A DNA stretch of 58,812 nucleotides, taken from the NCBI GenBank assembly GCA_018969905.1, contig JAGWXK010000002.1, positions 1-58,812 on the forward strand. The letters are read 5' to 3'. This document shows, piece by piece, positions 7,982 to 15,976 of the stretch. The notes under the pieces were generated by a model. It saw only the letters and a program-made list of their open reading frames with translations, was not told where the DNA came from and made no database searches. This DNA comes from Bdellovibrionales bacterium (GTDB lineage: Bacteria; Bdellovibrionota; UBA1018; CAIMNF01). The position numbers and the translations under genes are program-made. How positions within the stretch are numbered: position 1 is the stretch's first letter; every line of letters begins with the position of its first letter.

Positions 7982-10900
7982 CCGGGGCTTCATCAAAATC
8001 CTCCCGACTCTTCTGCTGAGCCTGTCCTTATCGGCTTGCAACATTGGAATGCTGGGGGGGCCGGGCAAGCTCAATTTTCGCGCGGCTGAAGTATCATTAC
8101 CGGGGTATCCCCTTCTTGCCCCGACCTCTCAAATCACTCAAAACTCAGCGGTGATTTCCTGGACCACTCACTCCGATCCGCTTGCCTTCACCGGGACATT
8201 CCGCCTGAAATACAGTCGCACTGCGGATATGGCCGACCCTGTGGTGATTGAAAATGCGAATTCTCCCGTGACTCTGACTCCGCTTCTTCCGGGCACGCGC
8301 TATTTTGTACAGGTCGAAGGCTTGAATTCCGGAGGTTCGACTCCGTCTGAGATCAAGGAATTCACAACTCTTCAGGCGTTACCAGCCGTCCCGGTGATTG
8401 TCCAGATTTCGACCACATCCACCACCGCAACGATTGAGTGGGCTGCAGGTCAGGGAGGCGGTCCAACGGAATCCTACGCCTTGCTCTATGCTCAAGGCAC
8501 CAACCCACTTACTGCAACTCCCATGGCCGTGACACTGCCCGGCCCCATTCAGCTCACCGGTCTCACCACCGGTGCAAGCTACAGTTTTGTGATCCGGGCA
8601 ACAAATGCGTCCGGCACATCCAGCACCACAATACAAACCTTTTCACCGGTCGCATCTGCTCCGGGAGCTCCTGTTTTGGGTCAGGTCACAAGCATCACAC
8701 CAACCAGCGCTGTGATTTCCTGGACTCAAGGCACCGGTGGAACGCCCACCAGCCATCAAGTGATGGTCTCCACAAGCTCGAATTTTGTCGGGGCTGTTCC
8801 GGTTCAGGCCACCTCGCCCCATACTGTCTCGAACCTGAGCCCCGCCACACTTTATTACTTTCGGGTAACCGCGCTGAACTCGAGCGGAAACGCCGCCTCT
8901 TCAGACGGTAGCTTCAATACCGCTCCCGCTGCGCCCGGAGTGCCGACGATTTCTGTAACCCCATCCCAAAATAGCGCAAGCTTCACCTTTGCTGCAGGAC
9001 CGGGCGGCCCGGTCACAAGTTTCAGCCTCGTGATCTCAATCCAAAGCAATCTATCCAGTCCTCTCAGCACACCGAATCCTGTGACAAGCCCCTACGTTCA
9101 GAACTCCCTTTTGCCCGCAACGACCTATTTCTATCGATTGACCGCAACCAATTCCACCTCCAGCACACAAACCCAAATCCAGTCTTTTCAAACACAAGCC
9201 GTTCCCGCGGGCGCTCCTGTATTGGGTGCAGTTACCGCCATCACCGCTTCGGGTGCCACCCTGAATTGGTCGCCAGCACAGGGGTTTCCGGCGCCGGCAT
9301 CCTATCAAGTCCGCTTTGGTACGAACCAAAACCTCTCGGCCGTGAATCCGGTTTCAGTTACGACTACCAGTCGAGTGCTCACAGGGCTTGCTGCAAGCAC
9401 ACTCTACTATTACCAGGTGACTGCGGTTTCAAGCACGGGAAGCCTTGCTTCTAGCTCGGGCTCATTCACAACCAATCCGAATCCGCCATCGGCTCCGAGC
9501 GGAATTACCGTCTCGGCGATCACCGCAACCGGAGCGACGGTCGCCTTCACCGGGGGAACAGGAGCAACAAGCCACAACCTTCAATACTCGACGAGTTCCT
9601 CGTTTCCCACTGGCGCTACAACCACGAGCATCAATGGAGTTTCCTCGCCCGTTGCGATCTCAGGACTTTCCGCAAACACCCCGTACTTTGTCCGGATCAT
9701 TGCGGTGAACTCTGCAAGCACAACCCCATCCAGCGCCTCGAGTTTTACCACTCTCATGAACGCGCCCTCCGCACCCACCGGAGTGCAGGCGGTTTGTTCC
9801 CTAACCAGCGCGCAAATCACCTTCACCGCCGGTGCCGGGGCCACCAGCCACTCCGTTGAAACCTCGACCAGCTCCTCTTTTGCAGGCTCTCCCCTCGTCA
9901 CCAACAACGCCCAAAGCCCGACCGCGGTTTCAAGTCTGACCACTGGAACTCCGTATTTCTTCAGGGTTCGGGCCACAAATAACGGAGGATTCAACATCTC
10001 CAGCACGGTAAGCTGCACACCGATTCTCCAGGTACCGGGCGCACCTTCCAATGTCGTGGTGACTGCTACGACGATCACCACGGCCACCCTCACCTTTACG
10101 GGGGGCGCGGGGGCAACCACTCACGAAATTCTCCATACCTGGGACTCGAGTTTCGCAAGTGATGTTGTCACCGTCGCCAATGCATCCTCCGGAATCACCA
10201 TTTCGAATCTGGTACCCGGTTCCACAAATTATCTGAGGGTTTTCGCAATCAATTCCGCCGGATCCACAAGCTCAAGCCAGATCACCCTGATCACTCCCCC
10301 AAGACTCCCCAGCGCCCCCGCGCTTGGCACTACCCTCAACATTACCTCGAACTCCGCATCCGTGGTCTGGAGTTCCGGGGGTACGCAGTCCCACACTTCG
10401 TTTTCGAACACACTCCATCCGAAGATGCAGCAATACTGTGCCTCCTGCCATGCTACATTTTTCAACACCTCACCACACGCCTCACCTGACGCCGGAGTTG
10501 CCCATGATGCGATGTACTTTGTGAATTCCACCAATCAACGAAAAATCGACCCGGCGATTCCCGCAAATTCGCTCCTCTTGAAGAAAATCAATACAGGTCA
10601 CGGGGGCTGCTCACCAACCTGCAGATCCGAAATCACCTCTGCGGTGAACGCATGGCTCACTGCAGGTGGAATGACCACCGGAGTTGCATCCTCCTTTAAA
10701 GTGCGGGTGGCCACCTCAAGCGGAGGGCTTGCCTCCGCAACTCCGATCAACAATGCGGCCTCTCCGCAAGTCGTCGGCGGCGCCTTGAGTTCCGGCACAA
10801 GTTACTCTTTTCAAGTCGAGGCCACAAATTCCGCAGGGAACTCCCTCTCGCAGATCGGTACCTTTACAACTCTCGGTCAAGGGACAACCCCCACTCCTGC

Positions 10901-11474
10901 TCCTATTGATTTTGATGCGGACCTTCGAATGGGCGACCGGAACTACGTCCAATCGGTCATTGTCCAGAATTTCGGTGTGTCGATCCCCGCTGAAATGGTT
11001 TGGGAAGCTCCTGTTCAAAACATTGCCCCGAGCGAACTTCTAGGGCTCAAGGTGTTTCAGGAATCCGCCTTCGGTGGAGGCTGCGATATCTATGCGTCTG
11101 GAGTGCTATCCGGTTTTCCTGTGGAGTTCAGTCGTGAGCGATGTTTTGACAACATGACTGCTTACGATCCTCCCGTCACAAATCCAAGACGGTACGGCAG
11201 TATTGCTCCGGTCTGCAACAAAATGGTAAGTAACACCACGACCCGTGACTTTGCCTTCAACAAAATCTTCGGAAGCTCGACTCCGGGGCCAATCAATGAC
11301 ACCAACCTTGGAAGGGCCTATCAACTTTTTTTCCAAGAGGAGGACCTCCCTCCCGCCACCAAAGACAAGTTGATTGAACTTGCGAATACCCAGGGTACCC
11401 TAACGGACAAGTGGAGAGTCATCATTCTTGGTCTTTGCGTCTCCCCGGAATGGCAATCCATCGAATCCCAATAA
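7971..11474 (+). CDS. Large surface lipoprotein: lipobox, about 9 fibronectin type III modules, an inserted PSCyt-like CxxCH module, and a roughly 200-aa C-terminal domain
   Basis: The ATG at 7971 is preceded by AGGGGGAAGA and overlaps gene 2 by 11 nt. Signal and lipobox: LLLSLSLSAC. The protein has repeated modules of about 90 aa ending in YYFRVTALNSSG / YFVRIIAVNSAS / YFFRVRATNNGG. CASCH lies at nt 10437-10451. Confidence 0.8.
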   Translation: MWRDRGFIKILPTLLLSLSLSACNIGMLGGPGKLNFRAAEVSLPGYPLLAPTSQITQNSAVISWTTHSDPLAFTGTFRLKYSRTADMADPVVIENANSPVTLTPLLPGTRYFVQVEGLNSGGSTPSEIKEFTTLQALPAVPVIVQISTTSTTATIEWAAGQGGGPTESYALLYAQGTNPLTATPMAVTLPGPIQLTGLTTGASYSFVIRATNASGTSSTTIQTFSPVASAPGAPVLGQVTSITPTSAVISWTQGTGGTPTSHQVMVSTSSNFVGAVPVQATSPHTVSNLSPATLYYFRVTALNSSGNAASSDGSFNTAPAAPGVPTISVTPSQNSASFTFAAGPGGPVTSFSLVISIQSNLSSPLSTPNPVTSPYVQNSLLPATTYFYRLTATNSTSSTQTQIQSFQTQAVPAGAPVLGAVTAITASGATLNWSPAQGFPAPASYQVRFGTNQNLSAVNPVSVTTTSRVLTGLAASTLYYYQVTAVSSTGSLASSSGSFTTNPNPPSAPSGITVSAITATGATVAFTGGTGATSHNLQYSTSSSFPTGATTTSINGVSSPVAISGLSANTPYFVRIIAVNSASTTPSSASSFTTLMNAPSAPTGVQAVCSLTSAQITFTAGAGATSHSVETSTSSSFAGSPLVTNNAQSPTAVSSLTTGTPYFFRVRATNNGGFNISSTVSCTPILQVPGAPSNVVVTATTITTATLTFTGGAGATTHEILHTWDSSFASDVVTVANASSGITISNLVPGSTNYLRVFAINSAGSTSSSQITLITPPRLPSAPALGTTLNITSNSASVVWSSGGTQSHTSFSNTLHPKMQQYCASCHATFFNTSPHASPDAGVAHDAMYFVNSTNQRKIDPAIPANSLLLKKINTGHGGCSPTCRSEITSAVNAWLTAGGMTTGVASSFKVRVATSSGGLASATPINNAASPQVVGGALSSGTSYSFQVEATNSAGNSLSQIGTFTTLGQGTTPTPAPIDFDADLRMGDRNYVQSVIVQNFGVSIPAEMVWEAPVQNIAPSELLGLKVFQESAFGGGCDIYASGVLSGFPVEFSRERCFDNMTAYDPPVTNPRRYGSIAPVCNKMVSNTTTRDFAFNKIFGSSTPGPINDTNLGRAYQLFFQEEDLPPATKDKLIELANTQGTLTDKWRVIILGLCVSPEWQSIESQ
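8118..10871 (+). repeat. Protein-level tandem array of about 9 FN3 modules (86-93 aa each; module 9 is interrupted)
   Basis: My module boundaries in aa are 50-135, 136-227, 228-317, 318-408, 409-501, 502-594, 595-684, 685-775 and 776-967. The conserved pattern is AP-x-A/G-P ... (I/L)xW ... Y(Y/F)(F/Y)x(V/I)xAxNxxG ... F(T/N)T. The modules have diverged at the nucleotide level. Confidence 0.8.
10437..10451 (+). other. CxxCH motif CASCH inside FN3 module 9
   Basis: Read directly: tgt gcc tcc tgc cat, in frame with ORF 7971..11474. Confidence 0.9.
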
Positions 11475-11637
11475 GCGCGCTCCCGTTCCACGCCAGCGAC
11501 ATTCGCGGCAAAAGTGCCATAAAATCGAAGGCATTTCGCCAGAACGGATCTCCCCACTCCCCATTCGATGAGGCTGCTTTCGTGCTTGCATGGCAAAGCA
11601 AATCATTATACCCGTAGGGAACGATTCGGGAGGTGAT

Positions 11638-12123
11638 ATGAAGGCAATAACCGGTTTTTTTTACATTTTTCCTGTTTTCTTTTTGTTCTTGGGGTCCTCA
11701 GTTTCTTGTTCTATCGCTCATGCCCAGGCCGGCTGGTACCACGTTGAAAAAGTGTCTCTCGAATTTCACGAACTGATCCGGGTTGAACTTCAAGGCACCG
11801 TGGTGGAGTCCAGCGATCCCTCTCTCAAGGCCACGAGCATCCCGTTTCTTCAATCGCTTCATTATTTCGGATCCCTTTCCCGATCCGAACGTCGCTACTT
11901 TCCCTCCATCTCTGAAATCCGAACCTGGATTTTAAGTGATGTATGCAAAGAAACCCACGAACAAACCCTGAAACCAATGCGCGAAGTGGGCAACATCGGC
12001 ATCAATCCGATCAAAAGCAAAGTCAAGCCGATTTCTGTCACCGCAATCGGCACACGCATCGACTCAAAAGGGGCCACTTACTCAGAAACGGTCTTTTGCC
12101 CTAGGCACTCCGCGCAGCCTTAG
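11638..12123 (+). CDS. Hypothetical secreted protein
   Basis: The ATG at 11638 is preceded by GGAGGTGAT and gives the signal peptide MKAITGFFYIFPVFFLFLGSSVSCSIAHA-Q. I recognised no family motif. Confidence 0.55.
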   Translation: MKAITGFFYIFPVFFLFLGSSVSCSIAHAQAGWYHVEKVSLEFHELIRVELQGTVVESSDPSLKATSIPFLQSLHYFGSLSRSERRYFPSISEIRTWILSDVCKETHEQTLKPMREVGNIGINPIKSKVKPISVTAIGTRIDSKGATYSETVFCPRHSAQP

Positions 12124-12152
12124 TGAGTCCCGGAAGTTTTAAAATGGCAGTC

Positions 12153-13328
12153 CTAGCGATTTTGATCCGCACTTTTTGAGCGGTTGTCAGCTGGATATTG
12201 CTTGATTTCTCCGGGATAACGAATCGGACCGTCGTCCGAATTCATTGTGCTTCCCTCCTGAATTGGCATGGGCATTCCCAATCCTCCTGGAGCCGGGACT
12301 GCCCCATTTTTTTTGAGTTTATATCTCTGATTTTTTTGCACCCATTTGATCCTTCTCAGGTCTTCTTTTTCTGCTTTTTTGAACTCACAGGAAACGGGCT
12401 CGAACCCCTTACCCAATTGCAACTCAAGGACTGCCCTCGCCTCAACAAGCTCGACCTCAAGCCTATCCATTTGCTTTTCCAAAGCTTCGCAATTCTCTGA
12501 TTTTTGCGGGTACTTCTGACGCTGACCTCGACGATCTCTGCTCTCCCTGTCCTTTCTTTCAAGGCAAAGGTCCAGAAGATTTTGAGTTTTTTCCAGTGCA
12601 ACTATTTTTTCATCTACTGTTTTTTGCGCAATATGGATGCCGTCGAAGGATTCTTTGCACTTTTCTGCAATGAAGAAATCATCACCTCTTATACAATATG
12701 CACCATCTGTCAGAAGCGGATTGGTCACAAGTTTTGAATCGATTAATTCATCACATCCGCACAGCGTGATTCCCCTTTTTTTGACAGGCTTCGAACTTCC
12801 GCAAAAAACGAGATCGGGATTTCTACCTGGAAATGCAATAGGCTGAATCATCGGACCGCCTGGTCCCATGCCCATGATGGATGGTCCACTATCCCCCATG
12901 CAATATATTGTTCCGCCCTTGTTTTTACTGACTTCGGAGATCCGCGAACTGCAACTTCTGTTGCATTCCACACACTCGGCGTCCGCATCCTCCGCAGAGG
13001 ATTTGGAAGTTGTAGCCACATGGGTAGTAGCCGTACTTTGAGCTGACCCCGCTACACTTTCGATTTCCTTTTTGGTCGCACGCCTTAGGCACTTTTTGAA
13101 ATCGAATATACTCCTTGAAGTACCCTCAGGGATTGTACAAGCCAATTTTTTATAAACCTTTCCGTCGTCCGAAGAACAAAGATCCCCGACCGCAAGACCC
13201 ACATTCAGAGGCGATCCACCAGATCCCTGTACATAACACTGAGGCAGATCTTGTGCCACAGCAGCCCCTGCCCCAAATCCCGCTAACAACAAACCGAACA
13301 AAGCCAAGTGTTTAACTAAACGATTCAT
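12153..13328 (-). CDS. Hypothetical secreted Cys-rich protein with a charged coiled-coil segment
   Basis: The ORF track starts at 13487. The internal ATG at 13328 gives the signal peptide MNRLVKHLALFGLLLAGFGAGAAVA-Q. The mature part has many Cys (CVECNRSC, CGC) and a K/E/R-rich helical region. No family recognised. Confidence 0.55.
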   Translation of the reverse strand: MNRLVKHLALFGLLLAGFGAGAAVAQDLPQCYVQGSGGSPLNVGLAVGDLCSSDDGKVYKKLACTIPEGTSRSIFDFKKCLRRATKKEIESVAGSAQSTATTHVATTSKSSAEDADAECVECNRSCSSRISEVSKNKGGTIYCMGDSGPSIMGMGPGGPMIQPIAFPGRNPDLVFCGSSKPVKKRGITLCGCDELIDSKLVTNPLLTDGAYCIRGDDFFIAEKCKESFDGIHIAQKTVDEKIVALEKTQNLLDLCLERKDRESRDRRGQRQKYPQKSENCEALEKQMDRLEVELVEARAVLELQLGKGFEPVSCEFKKAEKEDLRRIKWVQKNQRYKLKKNGAVPAPGGLGMPMPIQEGSTMNSDDGPIRYPGEIKQYPADNRSKSADQNR

Positions 13329-13490
13329 AAATGTTCTCCCGAAAGTGCAGCAAATCAAATGCCTGCCTGCATCTCTTCCGTCTAGTTTGATGCACAAGTG
13401 CCATCGATACAACCGGCAAATCCTACCGACATACGAGCGGCAAAAATTACCGACTTGTCTTCCGTCTTTTGCCCTTAAACTATCCAAAGC

Positions 13491-13889
13491 ATGGCCCCGT
13501 TTCGGCTTTTTTCATTCATTGGTTTTATTCTTCTTCTCAAGGGCGGAAATGCACTTGCAGGACGTGTCGACGCCTCAAACTTTTTTTGCCCCGACTTTGA
13601 GGATCTTCCAAAGGAATCCATAAAACCCTTTCCCCCAATCCTGATTGTCAAAGATAAACTCATGATCTGCAGCATGCAGGCACTCTGCCACTTCAAGAGC
13701 GACCCTCGGAAATCCTTGATTCGGGTTGCAATTGCATGTCCCGGAACAGAAGTCGGTTCTTGCCCACCTCCCGAAATCTGCAAGAAAACGGGCGGTCTGA
13801 CACTAGATCAGGCGTCCATTGAAACCTTGAAATCCAATGCACCACCTCTGGGCAGGAAACCCACCGAAACTAAAAAAGGACAACAGTAG
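13491..13889 (+). CDS. Hypothetical small secreted Cys-rich protein
   Basis: 132-aa ORF with signal peptide MAPFRLFSFIGFILLLKGGNALA and 7 Cys in the mature part. It is divergent from 12153..13328. Confidence 0.5.
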   Translation: MAPFRLFSFIGFILLLKGGNALAGRVDASNFFCPDFEDLPKESIKPFPPILIVKDKLMICSMQALCHFKSDPRKSLIRVAIACPGTEVGSCPPPEICKKTGGLTLDQASIETLKSNAPPLGRKPTETKKGQQ

Positions 13890-13891
13890 AT

Positions 13892-14161
13892 ATGAAACCC
13901 ATGACGCTGTTTCGATTCATTCTTTTTCTTTTGGTTCTCAATGTCCCGAAGCCCGCTCACTCGATGCTCCTTTTGGAACTTCAGGGTAAAATCGTATCTT
14001 TTACCGAGGAATGGGTCAGCCTTGACCATGGAAGAGTTCGCTACACCATCAACCGGAACAAATTGAGGCCCGAGGATGCGGCACAAATCAAGGGCGTCGA
14101 TACCCTGGTTTCGTTTGTAGTCGACCCGGACTCAATCATCGAAGCTCGAACCATGAAGTGA
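13892..14161 (+). CDS. Hypothetical small secreted protein
   Basis: 89-aa ORF starting 2 nt after the previous stop, with signal-like N-terminus MKPMTLFRFILFLLVLNVPKPAHS. Confidence 0.45.
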   Translation: MKPMTLFRFILFLLVLNVPKPAHSMLLLELQGKIVSFTEEWVSLDHGRVRYTINRNKLRPEDAAQIKGVDTLVSFVVDPDSIIEARTMK

Positions 14162-14203
14162 GATCCTTGAAGAGAAAAAGAACAAACTGGATCCATTTTT
14201 CTC

Positions 14204-14902
14204 TCAGACTTCAATCCACTCACCCGTTTTTAGCGAATCAAGAAAATAACTCCCGTATTGAATCCGTTTCAAGCTGCGGACATCATGACCCAAGGCCGCA
14301 CACAACCGCCGGATCTCGCGATTCTTTCCTTCGGTCAAGACCAACTCAATGAGACTTTCCTTTCCGCTCACCTTAAGAAGCTTGGCTCCCTCTACCGATA
14401 GCCTTTCACCTTGATCCATCACTCCGGACTTCATTTTCTGAAGGGTAGAATCCAATGCCTCGCCCTCCACCCCAACAATGTACACGCGCTCAATCCCACT
14501 CTTTGGATCCGTCATGAAGCTTGAAAACTTCGTGTCGTTGGTAAGTAAAAGCAAACCCGAGGTATGCATGTCGAGCCTCCCCACCGCATGAAAAGTTGCA
14601 AACTGCTCAGGGAGCAGATCATAGATGGTTTTCCTGCCCTCGGGATCCCGCTTTGTGGTGAGCACTCCTTTTGGCTTGTGAAACAGGATCACGCGAGTGT
14701 GCGATTTCTCGGCCTTCACACCGTCGACCTGGATATGCGCGGTATCGGGATTCACGGCACGCTCCGGGTTTGTTTCAATGCTCCCATGGACCTTCACCCG
14801 GCCCGATTCGATCGCAATCCTTGCCTCGATCCTGGAAGCAAGGCCTAGCTTCGATAGCGCGCGAAACAGCGGAACTCGGCCCTTTTTTCGAGATTTTGAC
14901 AT
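14204..14902 (-). CDS. rRNA pseudouridine synthase, RsuA/RluB/RluF family (S4 domain plus catalytic domain)
   Basis: N-terminal S4-like RALSKLGLASRIEARIAIESGRVKVHG. Catalytic motif HAVGRLDMHTSGLLLLTND with the Asp of GRLD. C-terminal EGKNREIRR. Confidence 0.88.
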   Translation of the reverse strand: MSKSRKKGRVPLFRALSKLGLASRIEARIAIESGRVKVHGSIETNPERAVNPDTAHIQVDGVKAEKSHTRVILFHKPKGVLTTKRDPEGRKTIYDLLPEQFATFHAVGRLDMHTSGLLLLTNDTKFSSFMTDPKSGIERVYIVGVEGEALDSTLQKMKSGVMDQGERLSVEGAKLLKVSGKESLIELVLTEGKNREIRRLCAALGHDVRSLKRIQYGSYFLDSLKTGEWIEV

Positions 14903-14930
14903 TCTTCATACCCTAGCATAAAGTTCGGAC

Positions 14931-15284
14931 ATGGAAAAACTCACCGCTGAAAATTACAAAAAAGGCTTCCTTATGGATGAAGAACTCATGGCGGGAATCT
15001 CCGAGGACAAGTCCAATCCGGGAACTTTTCACGCATTCGTGGTAAGGCACACCACCGGTGAGTCGCTCGGGCACCAGCTTTTCTCGGATGTATTCGAGGC
15101 CATCCGTACCCTGAACGGAATTGATCGAAACTGGTCATTCGAGGCCGTTTCAAAATGCGGTAACGGAAATTGCGGTAACGGAAATTGCGGAAAATCAGGC
15201 GGCGGCTGCGGGAGAATGAAAACAGGATCCAGCGAAGACTCGAATCCAGCTCAAAGCTCGTGCGAATCCGGATCTTGCTCCTGA
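14931..15284 (+). CDS. Hypothetical protein with a Cys/Gly/Asn-rich C-terminal tail
   Basis: 117-aa ORF whose tail is CGNGNCGNGNCGKSGGGCG...SSCESGSCS. The tail is encoded by a 15-bp tandem repeat. Confidence 0.5.
   Translation: MEKLTAENYKKGFLMDEELMAGISEDKSNPGTFHAFVVRHTTGESLGHQLFSDVFEAIRTLNGIDRNWSFEAVSKCGNGNCGNGNCGKSGGGCGRMKTGSSEDSNPAQSSCESGSCS
15156..15195 (+). repeat. 15-bp tandem repeat tgcggtaacggaaat, 2 full copies plus a partial third
   Basis: Copies at 15156-15170 and 15171-15185 are identical. The third copy begins tgcgg at 15186 and then diverges. The repeat encodes CGNGN-CGNGN-CG. Confidence 0.9.
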
Positions 15285-15976
15285 TTTCGGCCTAGAACCA
15301 GTCTTTTTACACAATTCTCATATCTGACCAGGTGCTTTTGCAATTGCAGACCTGAGAGATAAAACAGGAGCGAAAACAGAATGATCCCGAAGATCTGGGC
15401 TCCCCACTGCGAAATCTGCTCAACCCAGGTTTTAAACACGCCAAGTATCCCGTTTTCTTGAACCTCTTCCACCCCACCACCTATATCCAGGAATTGGTAC
15501 ATAAAAAACAAGACCACTGCGACCAAAGAGGAGAGGTATCGGTTTTTTGATTCCATGCGCTTGATTTGCTCGCTCAGATGAAAGGAAACCACCCTCCACT
15601 CCCCTGCAGTCAGGGGCAGTTCTTTGCTCATACGCGTTGCCGTTTCCTCGCCCCACTTCACCTCCACTGCGCTCTCCTCCAGCAAGGATCCAAGTCCTCC
15701 CATCCGGAATACCCGGGGTAGATCACGGAATGTGGGCCAGAGATAAAAAATCGTGAAAAGAAAGGGCGGAAGAAATAAAATCAGATCCACATACTTAAAG
15801 GAATTCATGATCTGGAATCTTCGAAGACCATACATTGCAAGCGAAAGAATCGCGGGAATGACAAGGCACCAAAGTACCAGGCTAAAAACTTTTCGATTCA
15901 CAAGGTTCCGGGTTTTATTCATATCCTCCTGAACCCACTTCACAAATCTCAAATAAACCTCGGAGTATTGCTTCAA
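15251..15976 (-). CDS. Hypothetical integral membrane protein
   Basis: 241-aa ORF with several hydrophobic spans (VFSLVLWCLVIPAILSLAMYGL, LILFLPPFLFTIFYLW, LVAVVLFFMYQFL, IFGIILFSLLFYL). It overlaps the start of ymdB by 4 nt. Confidence 0.55.
   Translation of the reverse strand: MKQYSEVYLRFVKWVQEDMNKTRNLVNRKVFSLVLWCLVIPAILSLAMYGLRRFQIMNSFKYVDLILFLPPFLFTIFYLWPTFRDLPRVFRMGGLGSLLEESAVEVKWGEETATRMSKELPLTAGEWRVVSFHLSEQIKRMESKNRYLSSLVAVVLFFMYQFLDIGGGVEEVQENGILGVFKTWVEQISQWGAQIFGIILFSLLFYLSGLQLQKHLVRYENCVKRLVLGRNQEQDPDSHEL

Noticed and set aside
8118-10871. Regular periodicity of about 270-280 bp that could suggest a repeat array or CRISPR-like structure
   Set aside because: The periodicity is that of protein-coding FN3 modules in one continuous ORF. 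There are no short direct repeats with unique spacers.
14162-14203. Possible bidirectional terminator between the convergent genes 13892..14161 and 14204..14902 (GATCC ... GGATC followed by TTTTT)
   Set aside because: The stem is only 5 bp with a loop of about 22 nt, too weak to call. Convergent gene pairs throughout the window generally lack canonical intrinsic terminators.
14931-15284. RiPP (TOMM/SCIFF-like) precursor interpretation of the Cys/Gly-rich tail protein
   Set aside because: No cyclodehydratase, radical-SAM maturase, protease or exporter lies next to it; the neighbours are a pseudouridine synthase and an unknown membrane protein. The N-terminal 75 aa look like a folded domain rather than a leader. 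I kept it only as a low-interest repeat or metal-binding observation.
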